Assembly (NCBI RefSeq): GCF_964213995.1
Contig: NW_027590170.1
Span: forward strand, 434,001 to 498,000
Reading direction: 5' to 3'
Origin: Mustelus asterias
Taxonomy: Eukaryota
Length of the DNA: 64,000 nucleotides
Position numbers and translations under genes: made by a program
In this document: positions 11,669 to 22,860 of the stretch, one piece after another
Layout: each line of letters opens with the position of its first letter
Position numbering within the stretch: position 1 is the first letter of the stretch
Notes under the pieces: model-generated
The model's input: only the letters and a program-made list of their open reading frames with translations
Databases searched by the model: none
What the model was told of the DNA's origin: nothing

Positions 11669-12742
11669 AAGTGATGCATTTTGGTAGAACTAACGTACGG
11701 GGAAGCTATACGATAAATGGCAGAACCATCAAGTGTGTAGATACGCAGAGTGACCTAGGTGTGCAAGTCCACAGATACTTGAAGGTGACGTCATAGGTGG
11801 AGAAGGTGGTGAAGAAGGCATATGGCATGCGTGCCGTTATTGGACGTGGCATAGAGTATAAAAGTTGGGGTCTGATGCTGCGGTTGTATAGAACGTTGGT
11901 TCGGCCGCATTTGGAATACTGCACCCAGTTCTGGTCGCCACACTACCAGAAGGACGTGGAGGCTTTAGAGAGAGTGCAGAGGAGGTTTACCAGGATGTTG
12001 CCTGGTATGGAAGGGATTAGTTATGAGGAGAGATTGGGTAAACTGGGGTTGTTCTCACTGGAAAGACGGAGGATGAGGGGTGACCTAATAGAGGTGTATA
12101 AAATTATGAAAGGCATAGATAGGGTGAACGCTGGGAAGCTTTTTCGTAGGTCGGTGGTGACGTTCACGAGGGTTCATAGGTTCACGATGAGGGGCGGGAG
12201 GTTTAACACGAATATCAGAAGGAGGTATTTTACGCAGAGGGTGGTGGAGGCCTGGAATGCGCTGCCGGGCAAGATGGTGGAGGCGGAGACAGAGACACTG
12301 GGAACGTTTAAGACTTATCTAGATAGCCATATGAACGGAGTGGGAATGGAGGGATACAAAAGAATGTCTAGTTTGGACCATGGAGCGGCGTGGGCTTGGA
12401 GGGCCGTAGGGCCTGTTCCTGTGCTGTATTGTTCTTTGTTCTTTGTAAATTCCAGTAATTACAAGCCCAGTCCAACCAATCTCTCATAGGTCAGTCCCAC
12501 CAACCAAGCCGAGTGAACATCCACTGTACTCCCTCTATAGCAAGTATGTCCTTTCTTACCGAGTGAGACGAAATCTACACCCAATAATCCAGGTGTGGAC
12601 TCAACAAGGCCGGTATTAAAACGTCCCTACTCATGAATTCAAATCCTCTTGCAATGAAGACCAACATAATACTTGTTTTTCCAATTGCTTGGTGTGCCCG
12701 CTTCACTACTTTCACTGATTGGTGTTGGAGATCCCTTTGTAC

Positions 12743-13075
12743 ATCATAGAATCCCTACAGTGCAGAAGGAGGCCATTCGGCCCATCGAGTCTGCACCGAC
12801 CACAATCCCACCCAGGCCCTACCCCCACATATTTACCCACTAATCCCTCTAACCTCCGCATCTCAGGACTCTAAGCGGCAATTTTTAACCTGGCCAATCA
12901 ACCAAACCCGCACATCTTTGGACTGTGGGAGGAAACCGGAACACCCGGAGGAAACCCACGCAGACACGAGGAGAATGTGCAAACTCCACACAGACAGTGA
13001 CCCGAGCCGGGAATCGAACCCGGGACCCTGGAGCTGTGAAGCAGCAGTGCTAACCACTGTGCTACCGTGCCGCCC
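12743..13075 (-). mobile_element. HE1-type V-SINE
   Basis: Near-identical to 8527-8878. Confidence 0.9.
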
Positions 13076-14226
13076 CTCCACTCCTCCCAATATCATCATT
13101 CAAATAATACTTTTCCTCTTTTTTGACACTGAGTGGTATAACTTCACATTTAGCCATGTGCTTGGCAATTCCCTCATCTTGTTTAAATTTCTTTGAAACT
13201 TCATTCCATCCTTCACACAACTCACAATTCCACCAATTTTTGTGTCGTCAACAAATTTGGAAGTTTTACTTTTGTTCCCCTCATCCAGATCATGTTTATG
13301 TTTTGCTCCAACCACTGGTCCGTGCGGTATCCCAAAATTCGCTGCCTGCCACTCAGAAAAACACACATTTATTCCCACTCTCTGTTTCCCGTCCATCAAC
13401 CAACTCTCTACCCATGCCAATCCAGTACCACTTCTCACATATACTTTAAATTTGTCCACTAACCTCTTTAGCAGATCTTATCAAAAGCTTCTGAAACGGC
13501 ATCTACACTACATCTACTCGTTCTCCCTTTCTATTTTACAAGTTCCATCGTCCAGAAAACTCCAGTAGATTTGCTAAGCATGACTTGCCTCTCATAGTTC
13601 CATGTTTTTTTTTCCAATTACGTTAATTCTTTTCAAATGTTCTGTTTTCACGACTTTTATAATAGACCTGTATCTTCCCCGCCACTGATGTCAGGCTAAA
13701 TGCTCTGTAATTCTTCATTTTCTCTCTCCCTCCCTTAAATCTGTAGGAACTGCTCCAGAGTCAATCGAATTTTGGAAAATGATCACCAATGCACGCAGTA
13801 TTTCTCAGAGATTTCTCAGTGCCTTCCCTTGCAGTTAACACGAATAGTGGAGTCTTGAGTGTCGACAATCTGCTCAGTAAAAGCGATTAAATATGTGAAA
13901 GCCCATGTCAATGTTTGTATCCCACATCTGCACGTTAAACCAACAATGGTCCAGATGCTGTCAACCAACGCCAATACCCACCCCCATCTCCCACTACACC
14001 GACCCTATTCCGTCAGGCGACACATAAGCGTTTCCTCGGACAGAACTGGGCCCGTCTCCAGAAACGTATCCTGCGCCGAAATCGAAATCTGCAATGGAAA
14101 AGATTCCGCAGGAAGCAGTTTCGTTTTGGTTCCAATGGAATTGAAGTGATTCAGATTCCAATAATAATCTGACTGTGAACATGAACCGGGACAATCCGGA
14201 ACACGGTGGTGTTTGGAGTCACTTAC

Positions 14227-14305
14227 CGGCTGTGACTGTCACCTCCATCCCGGATCCATCTTGGATCATAATAGTGCCACAGTGACACCGCTCCGTACAA
14301 GAACC
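14227..14305 (-). other. NAR-TCR J2 with 12-RSS
   Basis: Minus strand: GGTTCTTGT (14305-14297), 12 bp spacer, CACTGTG (14284-14278). Coding TIMIQDGSGMEVTVTA, GTAAGT donor at 14226. Confidence 0.9.
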
Positions 14306-14607
14306 AGCGACAATTCAAACTGCCAAACAATTTCCACCATGCAGTCAGAACGATACATTTACTCGGGAGGTTTAAATAAATAAACAATATTCAACGTTTC
14401 GAAGTCTCCTTTGGTTCCAACTGTTCTTTGTTATGCCCTGAGCTCTTCGTGAATAACCCCAGATGGGAAACATTCGCCTCATATAAATCGAAAAAAATAT
14501 ATGACAAAGAAAGCTATGAGTGGTTGGAATTAAACGGCATGAAACCAGTAACAGCGATACTAACATGAGCCCAATTATTCACTATCCGGCCCGGAGAATT
14601 GTTATTT

Positions 14608-14685
14608 AATTTTTATTCAAATTTGCTTGAGGTCTCTCCCACTGTGAATATCCCAGTAACAGTGCTTCAAGTCAGTATAAATTCC
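14608..14685 (-). other. NAR-TCR D segment (ACTGGGATATT) with 5' 12-RSS and 3' 23-RSS
   Basis: Minus strand: GGAATTTAT-12-CACTGTT (damaged heptamer, 14664-14658), D at 14657-14647, CACAGTG(14646-14640)-23-ATAAAAATT(14616-14608). The sequence resembles TCR D-delta. Confidence 0.82.
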
Positions 14686-15033
14686 GCCACATCCTCGCGC
14701 TTACCATTGGGTACCTGCTGGGATTGTGGGGTCTTGAGTTAAACAACAGCTACTGTGGTTCCTGTTTCCAGCTGTTTTAGACCAGGGTCAGATCTTTTGT
14801 GACCGTTTGCAAATGCAATCAATCATTCCCTATCTCCATTCACTGAAACCAATCCCGGGAATGATCACACCATCCGCACACACTCGGCATTTATAAAACT
14901 TGGGATGTTAACAGTAATAATTCAGTCTCGTTCTGAACTAGAGTGCGGAACAGACGGTTTGGTTCGGAAGTGTATGTGTTACAGGGCAGATTCAATTCTC
15001 TCTTTAATTTGTTTCTGTGAGAATCTGCAGTGA

Positions 15034-15594
15034 GTGTTTTGTTATCGCGGGAAGCTGAGAGGCATCACTTTGTGTGTTGTACCACTACTGAGCTTTGCTA
15101 AGGTCTCTCCCGCTGTGAATATCCCAGTAACACAGTGCTACAAGTCAGTATAAATTCTGCACCACCCTTGCACCTACCATTGGGAACTGCTGGGATTGTG
15201 GGGTCTTGAGTTAAACAACAACTACACAGACACAACAAATCTCCCTCCGCTGGAGATCCGTTCCCATCCTGTCCCGGTCTGAGTTTGTCCGAAGAAGTGT
15301 CCATTTCCGAAGTTATAACGATACCATGGAAAATGCAGGTGATGGTGAGAGACTGACACTCCTTCCTGGTCACCGCTGCCGGGCTCTGTATCACTGACTG
15401 ACTGAAAGATCCTGAAAATTAAACACAGAGAGTTTAATGGACCACCAGAACCAAACCACACAATGGGGCCCAGACAGCGTCTATAATTGGGATGGACTGG
15501 AGAGCTTTAGTTTCCACCCACACAATGTTGGTTATTTTGATCGGTACTCACGGGCTAAATAGACACACAGGGCAAAAACAAGGAGGATTCCTAT
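15034..15594 (-). pseudogene. NAR-TCR V2 pseudogene (leader 15594-15552, V exon 15411-15073, 23-RSS 15072-15034)
   Basis: Paralog of V1. Start codon is ATA, frameshift in CDR1, FR3 replaced by a D-region copy, TAG after CKAQ. RSS CAAAGTG-23-ACAAAACAC. Confidence 0.9.
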
Positions 15595-15680
15595 CGCTCA
15601 GCTCCGTGGAGCTGAAGGTTTATATGACAGGGAGATGAAGGCAGCAGAGCTGGACTGATCTGGGAGACTGGATCTCAGAA

Positions 15681-16359
15681 GTCCATAGGACTCTTAAATC
15701 GGCCTCGCAGGTGGAGGATGCGGTCAAGAAGGCGTACGGCGTACTAGCCTTCATTAATCGAGGGATTGAGTTTAGGAGTCGGGAGATAATGCTGCAGCTT
15801 TATAGGACCCTGGTTAGACCCCACTTGGAGTACTGCGCGCAGTTCTGGTCACCTCATTACAGGAAAGATGTTGAAGCCATTGAAAGGGTGCAGAGGAGAT
15901 TTACAAGGATGTTGCCTGGATTGGGGGGCATGCCTTATGAGGATAGGTTGAGGGAGCTTGGTCTCTTCTCCCTGGAGAGACGAAGGATGAGAGGTGACCT
16001 GATAGAGGTTTACAAGATGTTGAGAGGTCTGGATAGGGTAGACTCTCAGAGGCTATTTCCAAGGGCTGAAATGGTTGCTACGAGAGGACACAGGTTTAAG
16101 GTGCTGGGGGGTAGGTACAGAGGAGATGTCAGGGGTAAGTGTTTCACTCAGAGGGTGGTGGGTGAGTGGAATCGGCTGACGTCGGTGGTGGTGGAGGCAA
16201 ACTCGTTGGGGTCTTTTAAGAGACTTCTGGATGAGTACATGGGATTTAATGGGATTGAGGGCTATAGATAGGCCTAGAGGTAGGGATATGATCAGCGCAA
16301 CTTGTGGGCCGAAGGGCCTGTTTGTGCTGTGGCTTTCTATGTTCTATGTTCTATGTTCT
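15681..16359 (+). mobile_element. Young CR1 3' fragment inserted in the V2 promoter
   Basis: Essentially identical to 10992-11668 (one substitution seen, F/L). Flanked by AAGT at 15679-15682 and 16360-16363. Separates the V2 TATA from its GC box. Confidence 0.93.
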
Positions 16360-16624
16360 AAGTGGACCAAAATATTTAGATGAGGCCCTCACCACGGTAA
16401 ATTGGGCCACGCCCAGCTTCTAAAAAGGACATTTGAGGATTTAAAGGTCGCAGGAAGTCTGAAGATGCAGTTGAAGCTCCGCAGCTGTTGCTGCCTCGAA
16501 GCTCCCAAACCCAGAATCTCTTCCCGTGACCGCACTGGATGTTCTGATCCACGGTTTGTCAATGTTTCACTTTATCTCCCTTGGAGTTGCTTTGTAGAGG
16601 GCAGTGTCCACTTCACACACATTG

Positions 16625-18690
16625 ACTGATTGCACGGTAAACGAGCATGATCGTCCGTAAGTCAGAGAAAAACCTTTGGCCGCACTTCACAGACACAAGC
16701 TCGCTGTTCTGTTCCATCTCCCAGCGCAGCAGAATATCCGCAATGTCCCACTGTCCATCCAAATGCAAAACTCCCATTATAATGCCATTTCATTTGATTA
16801 GATTTCTTTTATTGCTGGGGTCCTAACATTCAAAAATCCAAGTTGGTCATTGTTGCAGCACCAGGTCAAAAAATGTTAATCACACATTTTAACTAACTGG
16901 CTTTTCTGCCGAACAATTTACAGATTAGCATAGAACTCATCAGTAAACTTAACTCTTTATGGGCACCCTTGGACGGGGTAACACAGTGGTTAGCACGGTT
17001 GCTGCACAGCGCTGGGAACGCGGATTCGATTCCTGGCTTGGGTCACTGTCTGTGTGGAGTTTGCACGTTCTCCCCATGTCTGCGTGGGTTTCCTCCGGGT
17101 GCTCCGATTTCTTCCCACAGTATGAATGACGTGCTGATTAGGCGCATTGACCCGAACAGGCGCTGGACTGTGACGACTAGGGGAATTTCACAGTAACTTC
17201 ATTGCAGTGTTAATGTAAGCCTTACTTGTGACTAATAAATAAACTTTACTTTTTCCCAGAAGGAAAATCGGGTGCTGACGGTTGCAATGGAACTTTGACA
17301 AATCTTTGTCAAAGGATCACGTGGACTCGAAACTTCAGCTCTTTTCTCTCCTTAAGATTCTGCCAGACCTGCTGAGATTTTCCAGCATTTTCTCTTTTGG
17401 TTTCGATTCCAGCATCCGCAGTGACTTGCTTTTATCCAGTGTCCACGATATCGTTGGATGCTCCTCATGCATCCACGGTCTCTGGTTATGTGTTGTGAAA
17501 ATAATTCATGTTAAAAGAAGGAACTAAAGATATCGAACGCCTCATTGGATCTGTAATCCGGATCTGAATTCCCCGCACACCGGAGTCTGTTGAGGAGGGG
17601 ATGGTGGGAGCGTTTTTCTGTCACTGGAACTATCCTCCTCCTTTCCCCAACTGTAAGGAGTTGGGAGGCCGGATCATGTGCTGTTACCTGAGGTATTGTT
17701 TCACGCTTTTTTTCAATTCTGCCGGGATTATGTTTAACAACACTCTGAACGCGTTGGCGGGATCTCGGCCGGATCAGAATGCCGGAGCCTTCGACCCGAC
17801 AGCTTCCCTCAATCCAGCAACTGATGATCCATTTACAACATGATACACCCTACTGAAAATATCCTCGCAGAGTGAACTCTCTCATTTAAACACATGTTCT
17901 CTGTACCAGCACAACCTGTGCTTTGTATTTAAAAGAATGTTTACATTTAGCACTTATTATTTTTCAGTTCTGCCACATCCAGTGTTACTGTCCGCAGTGA
18001 CAGAGAATGAACCAACTCTAGGAAGGACAATGAAGATTGTGGGAGCTCTGTACATGGGGCTCGTTTTGAAGATCAAGCCCATGAACTTATAACTTAGAAA
18101 AACAGTTCGTTGTCTGTTACGATTCTCCAATCCAGCAACACTCTCTGATCAATAAACCCTGTGGCTGCGGTTAGAGGCTCCAGGAAATAACAGAATCAGT
18201 AGGAAGTGTCTGTTAAATATTATAGGCTGCCATGCAGACAGCAACAAAGACCAAGAGGGGACTTCGTAACCACAATACTTCACACAAATTGGCTGATTGT
18301 ACGGTACACTAGCACGATCGTCCGTAAGTCACAGAAAAACCTCCTGACCGCACTTCACAGATACAAGCCGTATGTCGTGATCCATCTCCCCGCACAGCAG
18401 AATATCCGCAATGTCCTTCTGTCCATCCAAATGCATAAATCTCATTATAATGACACTTTCTTTGAATAGATTCATTCTATTGCTGGAGTCCTGACATTCA
18501 ACAATCCAGGTTGATCATTGTTGCAGTACAAGGCAAAAAAACAATTGTTGCTCTCACATTTTAACTAACTGGTTTCCCTGCTGAACAATTTACAGCTCAG
18601 CATAGCACTTCTCAGAAAACTTAACTCTTTATCGGCACCCCTTTCCCAGAAGGAAAATCGGGTGCTGAAAGTTGGATTTGGAATTTGAAC
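16625..18690 (+). repeat. Diverged direct duplication (about 16625-17295 vs 18292-18690)
   Basis: Shared GATCGTCCGTAAGTCA.AGAAAAACCT, CAGCAGAATATCCGCAATGTCC, CTGTCCATCCAAATGCA and TTCCCAGAAGGAAAATCGGGTGCTGA. Only the first copy carries a SINE. Confidence 0.85.
16970..17250 (+). mobile_element. V-SINE with alternative tail (also 36232-36500 +, 44521-44745 -, 57460-57729 -)
   Basis: HE1-like head and V-domain, followed by CGACTAGGG..TTTCACAGTAACTTCATTGCAGTGTTAATGTAAGCCTTACTTGTGACTAATAAA. Confidence 0.85.
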
Positions 18691-20335
18691 CTCTGTTAGC
18701 ATTTCACAAACCCTCTGATTATTATTGTGCATTCCCCTTCTTGATTATGACACTAAGCTCTCTGCCTCCGTTAGTGTTGATCGAGCCTTCATCATGATTT
18801 CATTGGTACCTGTCTCCTGGTACTAACATCATATTAATGTCATCATCACATTAATTCCACGTTTCTATAGACTTGTTTATTCTACTCGTCTCTGGTCCCG
18901 TGATTATTACACTAGCTCTGCCTCAGTTTCAGAAAACCTTGATTATCATTATGCACGTCCATGGCATGTTGCCTTAATACATCAGTCACCGTTTCAAGCA
19001 ATTACTGCACAAGTTCCAATCTATACCTGGACGACAATTGACTCGATCACAACTGTTAACGAAGTTGATCCTCTGTCTGTTTTCATTATGTTTTCACTTT
19101 ACCCGTTGTCACTGCACCAGTCTATCCCTTTGTTTCAATTACACTAGAGGTTGTTACTTAGTACTACTCTGGAACATGTCGCCGTTCATTCTTTGACTTG
19201 ACTTTATCGCTGTTTACATTACACTGGATCATGCATCTTCTTACGTAAGCTCGGTCTCCGTTCATATCACATTGACTCGGCCTCGTCCCAGTTATTATTG
19301 CACTAGACGACATATCATTGTGCATTGCGTTGGCCTTGTCCCTATTTTCATTACACTGTTCCGTGTCATGCCCAGGAATTAAGTATAGTGACCTCGTCAG
19401 TCTTTATAACATTAGGTCGTACCTCCGTTTCAGTAGGTCAGGCCTACAAGACCACACCTTACTTGCTGAATTCGACGTACATCTCAGTTTGTATTGAAGT
19501 AGGTCCGATTAATTGCTACTGTACGAGACTCAATATCATTTTACTCCTTTCGCTGTGCACGTCGCATTTGGTTTCTTCCTTTATTGTCACCCCAGAGCGT
19601 GTATCTTTCTACATTTAATTGCCAGCATCTCAGTTGCCGCTACGCATGGTTTGATATTCGTTTGCCATGCCTCAGTTTTTATTTCACCTAAAATATATAT
19701 CTGTTTATCTTATACCAATTGTTGCTGCATCAGAAATTCTGTTCCGGAGTACCTCAAGATCCTTCCTGCATTTGCAGTTTAGCAGTACCAATGAAGAATT
19801 CTGAACCTTCAAAATGGCCCAGGATTTTAATGCAATCGTCTCCAGCTCGGTTGTCTGCCCCCGTTAGCTAAAACAGTTTTCAAACAGTTCAGTATTAAAT
19901 CGTTAACATTTTTAGATGAAACTGAAGACTGGAATAGTGAAATGCTTACCAGGAAACCACACACGTGACATAACCTGACACCTGAAAGCAGGAAATGATT
20001 GGGAAGTTAGCAGAGTTAGAAATATCTAACACCAGCAGCTCTCCCTGAGGAAGACATAAAGGCATGGCTTGTGGTGGGGCTGGGTGGCTGGACCACAAGT
20101 TCGCAGCCATCAGTTCATCCATGAATAAAATGTAATCATCCCCCTTGTGCAAGTTACAAATGGAAGGCATGACACTGTGATTTCATCTGTTTGTTTGGCG
20201 AACTGTAACTGACGTGTATGTTGCAATGTAATGGTCCCTCCGGAGACGTTCAGTCAGAATAAATGAGAGACACCTTGAATGTGTCGCAGATCGAATGACC
20301 TTCGCTTTGCTAATTCCGTTAGTTTCTGATAGACA

Positions 20336-22860
20336 ATGCACGGGCCAGCGAATGGACTCTTCTTTGCCATTTCCTATCCCATTCTCGCTGTTATTGGTGC
20401 CCCTGGTAAGTAATGAATCCAAATCACATTATTTATTTTCTCTGAATCTACACATTTCTTTTTTCTCTTCTTTCAGAATCGAGCTTATTTTTTCTAATTT
20501 TCTGCACCGTCTGTGCTTTCAACCGCGTTTATGATGAATTACCGTGCATTCATTGCACTTACATTATGAAGCTTACAATATAGCATTTTATTTATTTAGC
20601 TGCACATTCATAGAAATACCATTTATTAAATCACTAGCTGAAGTGTATGACTTTGTATGAACACTGATTTATTTTATTGTTGAAATTTGGCTTTTATTCT
20701 AATTTACTAAATGTAACCTACTGTTTTCGTGTTATTTAAAATTTAAAGTTCAAGTTTATTCATTATTGTCACATAGGCCTACATTAACACTGCAACGAAG
20801 TTACTATGAAAAATTCGGAGCAACGGATCTTACCATGAATATGAGCTTTGGCAATGTAGCAACTTACATTTTCGAGCACTGATATTATTGCAGTGTGGGG
20901 AATTAATTATCACAGTTCAACCATCTAGTACATGAATTGTGGAAAAAAAAGATGCATTCAGTGATCACATGAATTGACTGTGCGATTGCTAGAAGGATGC
21001 AATGGTTTCAGTGCAGTGAGATCCCACCGGGCAGACTCCATTGTTAACGTCGTATTCCAAATAGCATGTAGAAAATTGAAGAAAGGAATAGCCATCACCG
21101 ATGGAGGGATTAATATGAGGGGATATACAAAATTTATGATTGGAGAAATGCTGTGATCTCAGATAGTTGTAGCGGTGGGATGGTGAGAGAGTGGAGGTAT
21201 TTAATATTCAAAGCAAAAGATTAATGAAAGGGAGATTTACAAATGAGGCCAATGAAAATCATCTTGCAAGAGATACGAGGTTTGACGCGCGTATTTTGGA
21301 CGAGTTTAAGTTTTTTTAAAAATTCATTCGTGGGACATGGCGTCGTTGGCTAGTCAGCATTTATTACCCACCCCTAGTCGCACATGAACTGAGTGGCTTG
21401 ATAGGCCATTTCAGAACGCAGTTGAGAGCTGAACACGCTGTTGTGGCTTAGGTGTCACATGTAGGCCAGACCAGATAAAGACAGCAGATTTCCTTTCCTA
21501 AGGACATTAGTGAACCAAATTTTTTTTTCAACAAACAATAATTGTTTCATGGCAATAAGTATATTCTTAATTCCAGATTACTTTAACACTGATTTCAAAT
21601 GCCACCATCTTCCCTGTGGGGATTCGAACTCAGGTCCCCAGAACTTTAGTTACGTTTCTACATTAATTGTCTAACAATAATAGGCCATCGCCTCCCCAGT
21701 TGGTTAGCGAGCTCTGGGCATTGGCACACTGACAAGGGATTGGAGTTCGGGCTGGGACTGTTTAGAAATGTCTCCTGTTTTGTTAATGTTTAATCCAGTG
21801 CTAAATTTTGAAAAATTACAAGATAGTTCCGAATAGTCCGAGACTGGAAGTAACAAAGAGACGGATCAGGAAGGATTTAATAACCAATTGCATTAGTAAG
21901 CACATCGAGTTTGTCGTCTGCTCAGTAACATATCTCTCTCTCTTCTTATCTCTCACAGCCAACTTTTTGGCTATTATAATCTTATCCCGAGGTCGGTGTG
22001 GACTCTCCCGGTGCATCACCTACTATCTGGTAGCGATAGCAGTTAGTGATTTTTTTGTCATCATCACTGGTGTCATCTTCAACCGGATTGGACGGATCTA
22101 CTTTGGCTACAGTGTGCTTTTCACTCACCCAACATGCGCGCACACCATGATTCTGGGTTTTATCAGCCTGGATGGTTCAGTCTGGCTGACAGTGGCTTTC
22201 ACCATTGATCGTTATGTGGCTATCTGCTGGCAGAACCTGAAAATAAGATACTGCACAGAGAAAACTGCCTTGTTGGTTATAGGCATAGTCTGTGCCCTCA
22301 GCTGCATCAAGAACTTTCCATTCTATTTCACCTACCAACCATTATTCACCATTGATGGGGTGGCCTGGTTCTGTGATATCAAGACCAGCTTCAGTACCTC
22401 GCCGACGTGGCAGGCCTTTGACTGGCTGGATCATGTCTTAACCCCTTTTCTCCCGTTCATCCTCATCCTTTTGCTCAACGCTCTGACTGTAAGACACATC
22501 TTAGCTGCGAGCAGAACCCGAAGGCGGCTCCGGAGCTCCGAAAGTCAGGAAGACCCTGAGATGGCCAACCGCAAGAAGTCAATTGTCCTGCTCTTTGCCA
22601 TCTCCCTCAGCTTCCTCGTCATGTGGGTGACTTACTTCGGACATTTCCTCTATGTGCAGATTACAGGCGAGAGCTACTTCAACAGCTTAGATTTCAATGA
22701 CCCAGAATACATCTTTCAGGAGACGACCAACATGCTTCAATTACTCAGTTCCTGCAATAACGTCTTCATCTACGCTGTGGCCCAGACCAAATTCCGAGGG
22801 GAGCTGAAGAAGGTGCTTCTGTGTCCCTTCTCCATTATCACTGGTTACTTTAAACAATAA
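20336..22860 (+). CDS. Class A GPCR, GPR139-like family; exons 20336-20405 and 21959-22860, 323 aa
   Basis: Exon 1 MHGPANGLFFAISYPILAVIGAP with phase-1 GTAAGT donor; acceptor ctcacag at 21958. Exon 2 ANFLAIIILSRGRCGLSRCITYYLVAIAVSD...SVWLTVAFTIDRYVAIC...LTPFLPF.LILLLN...SSCNNVFIY; 7TM pattern, no stops. Confidence 0.9.

Larger units (their letters stand above)
8465..12446 (+). mobile_element. CR1/HER1-type LINE, 5'-truncated, host of three nested insertions
   Basis: ORF2 pieces VPLFKKG..NYRPVSLTS, QHGF..GRSCLTNL, YMDFSKAFDKVPH, GVPQGSVLGP, FADD, LYRTLVRPHLEYC; (TTCTTTG)n tail at about 12430-12446. Confidence 0.92.
8130..13800 (-). mobile_element. Old decayed CR1 LINE, split at about 8464/12447 by younger insertions
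   Basis: Minus-strand RT remnants (WVESWL..KQRVGIN, SKFVDDTKIGG in ORF 13100-13459). The sequence ...CATCCTTCTAA|ATTCCAGTAATTACAAG reads through across the insertion. Confidence 0.7.

Noticed and set aside
21808-21958. N-terminal 50 aa of the 350-aa GPCR ORF
   Set aside because: Intronic: a pyrimidine tract and acceptor at 21958 and a phase-matched exon 1 at 20336-20405 explain the gene.
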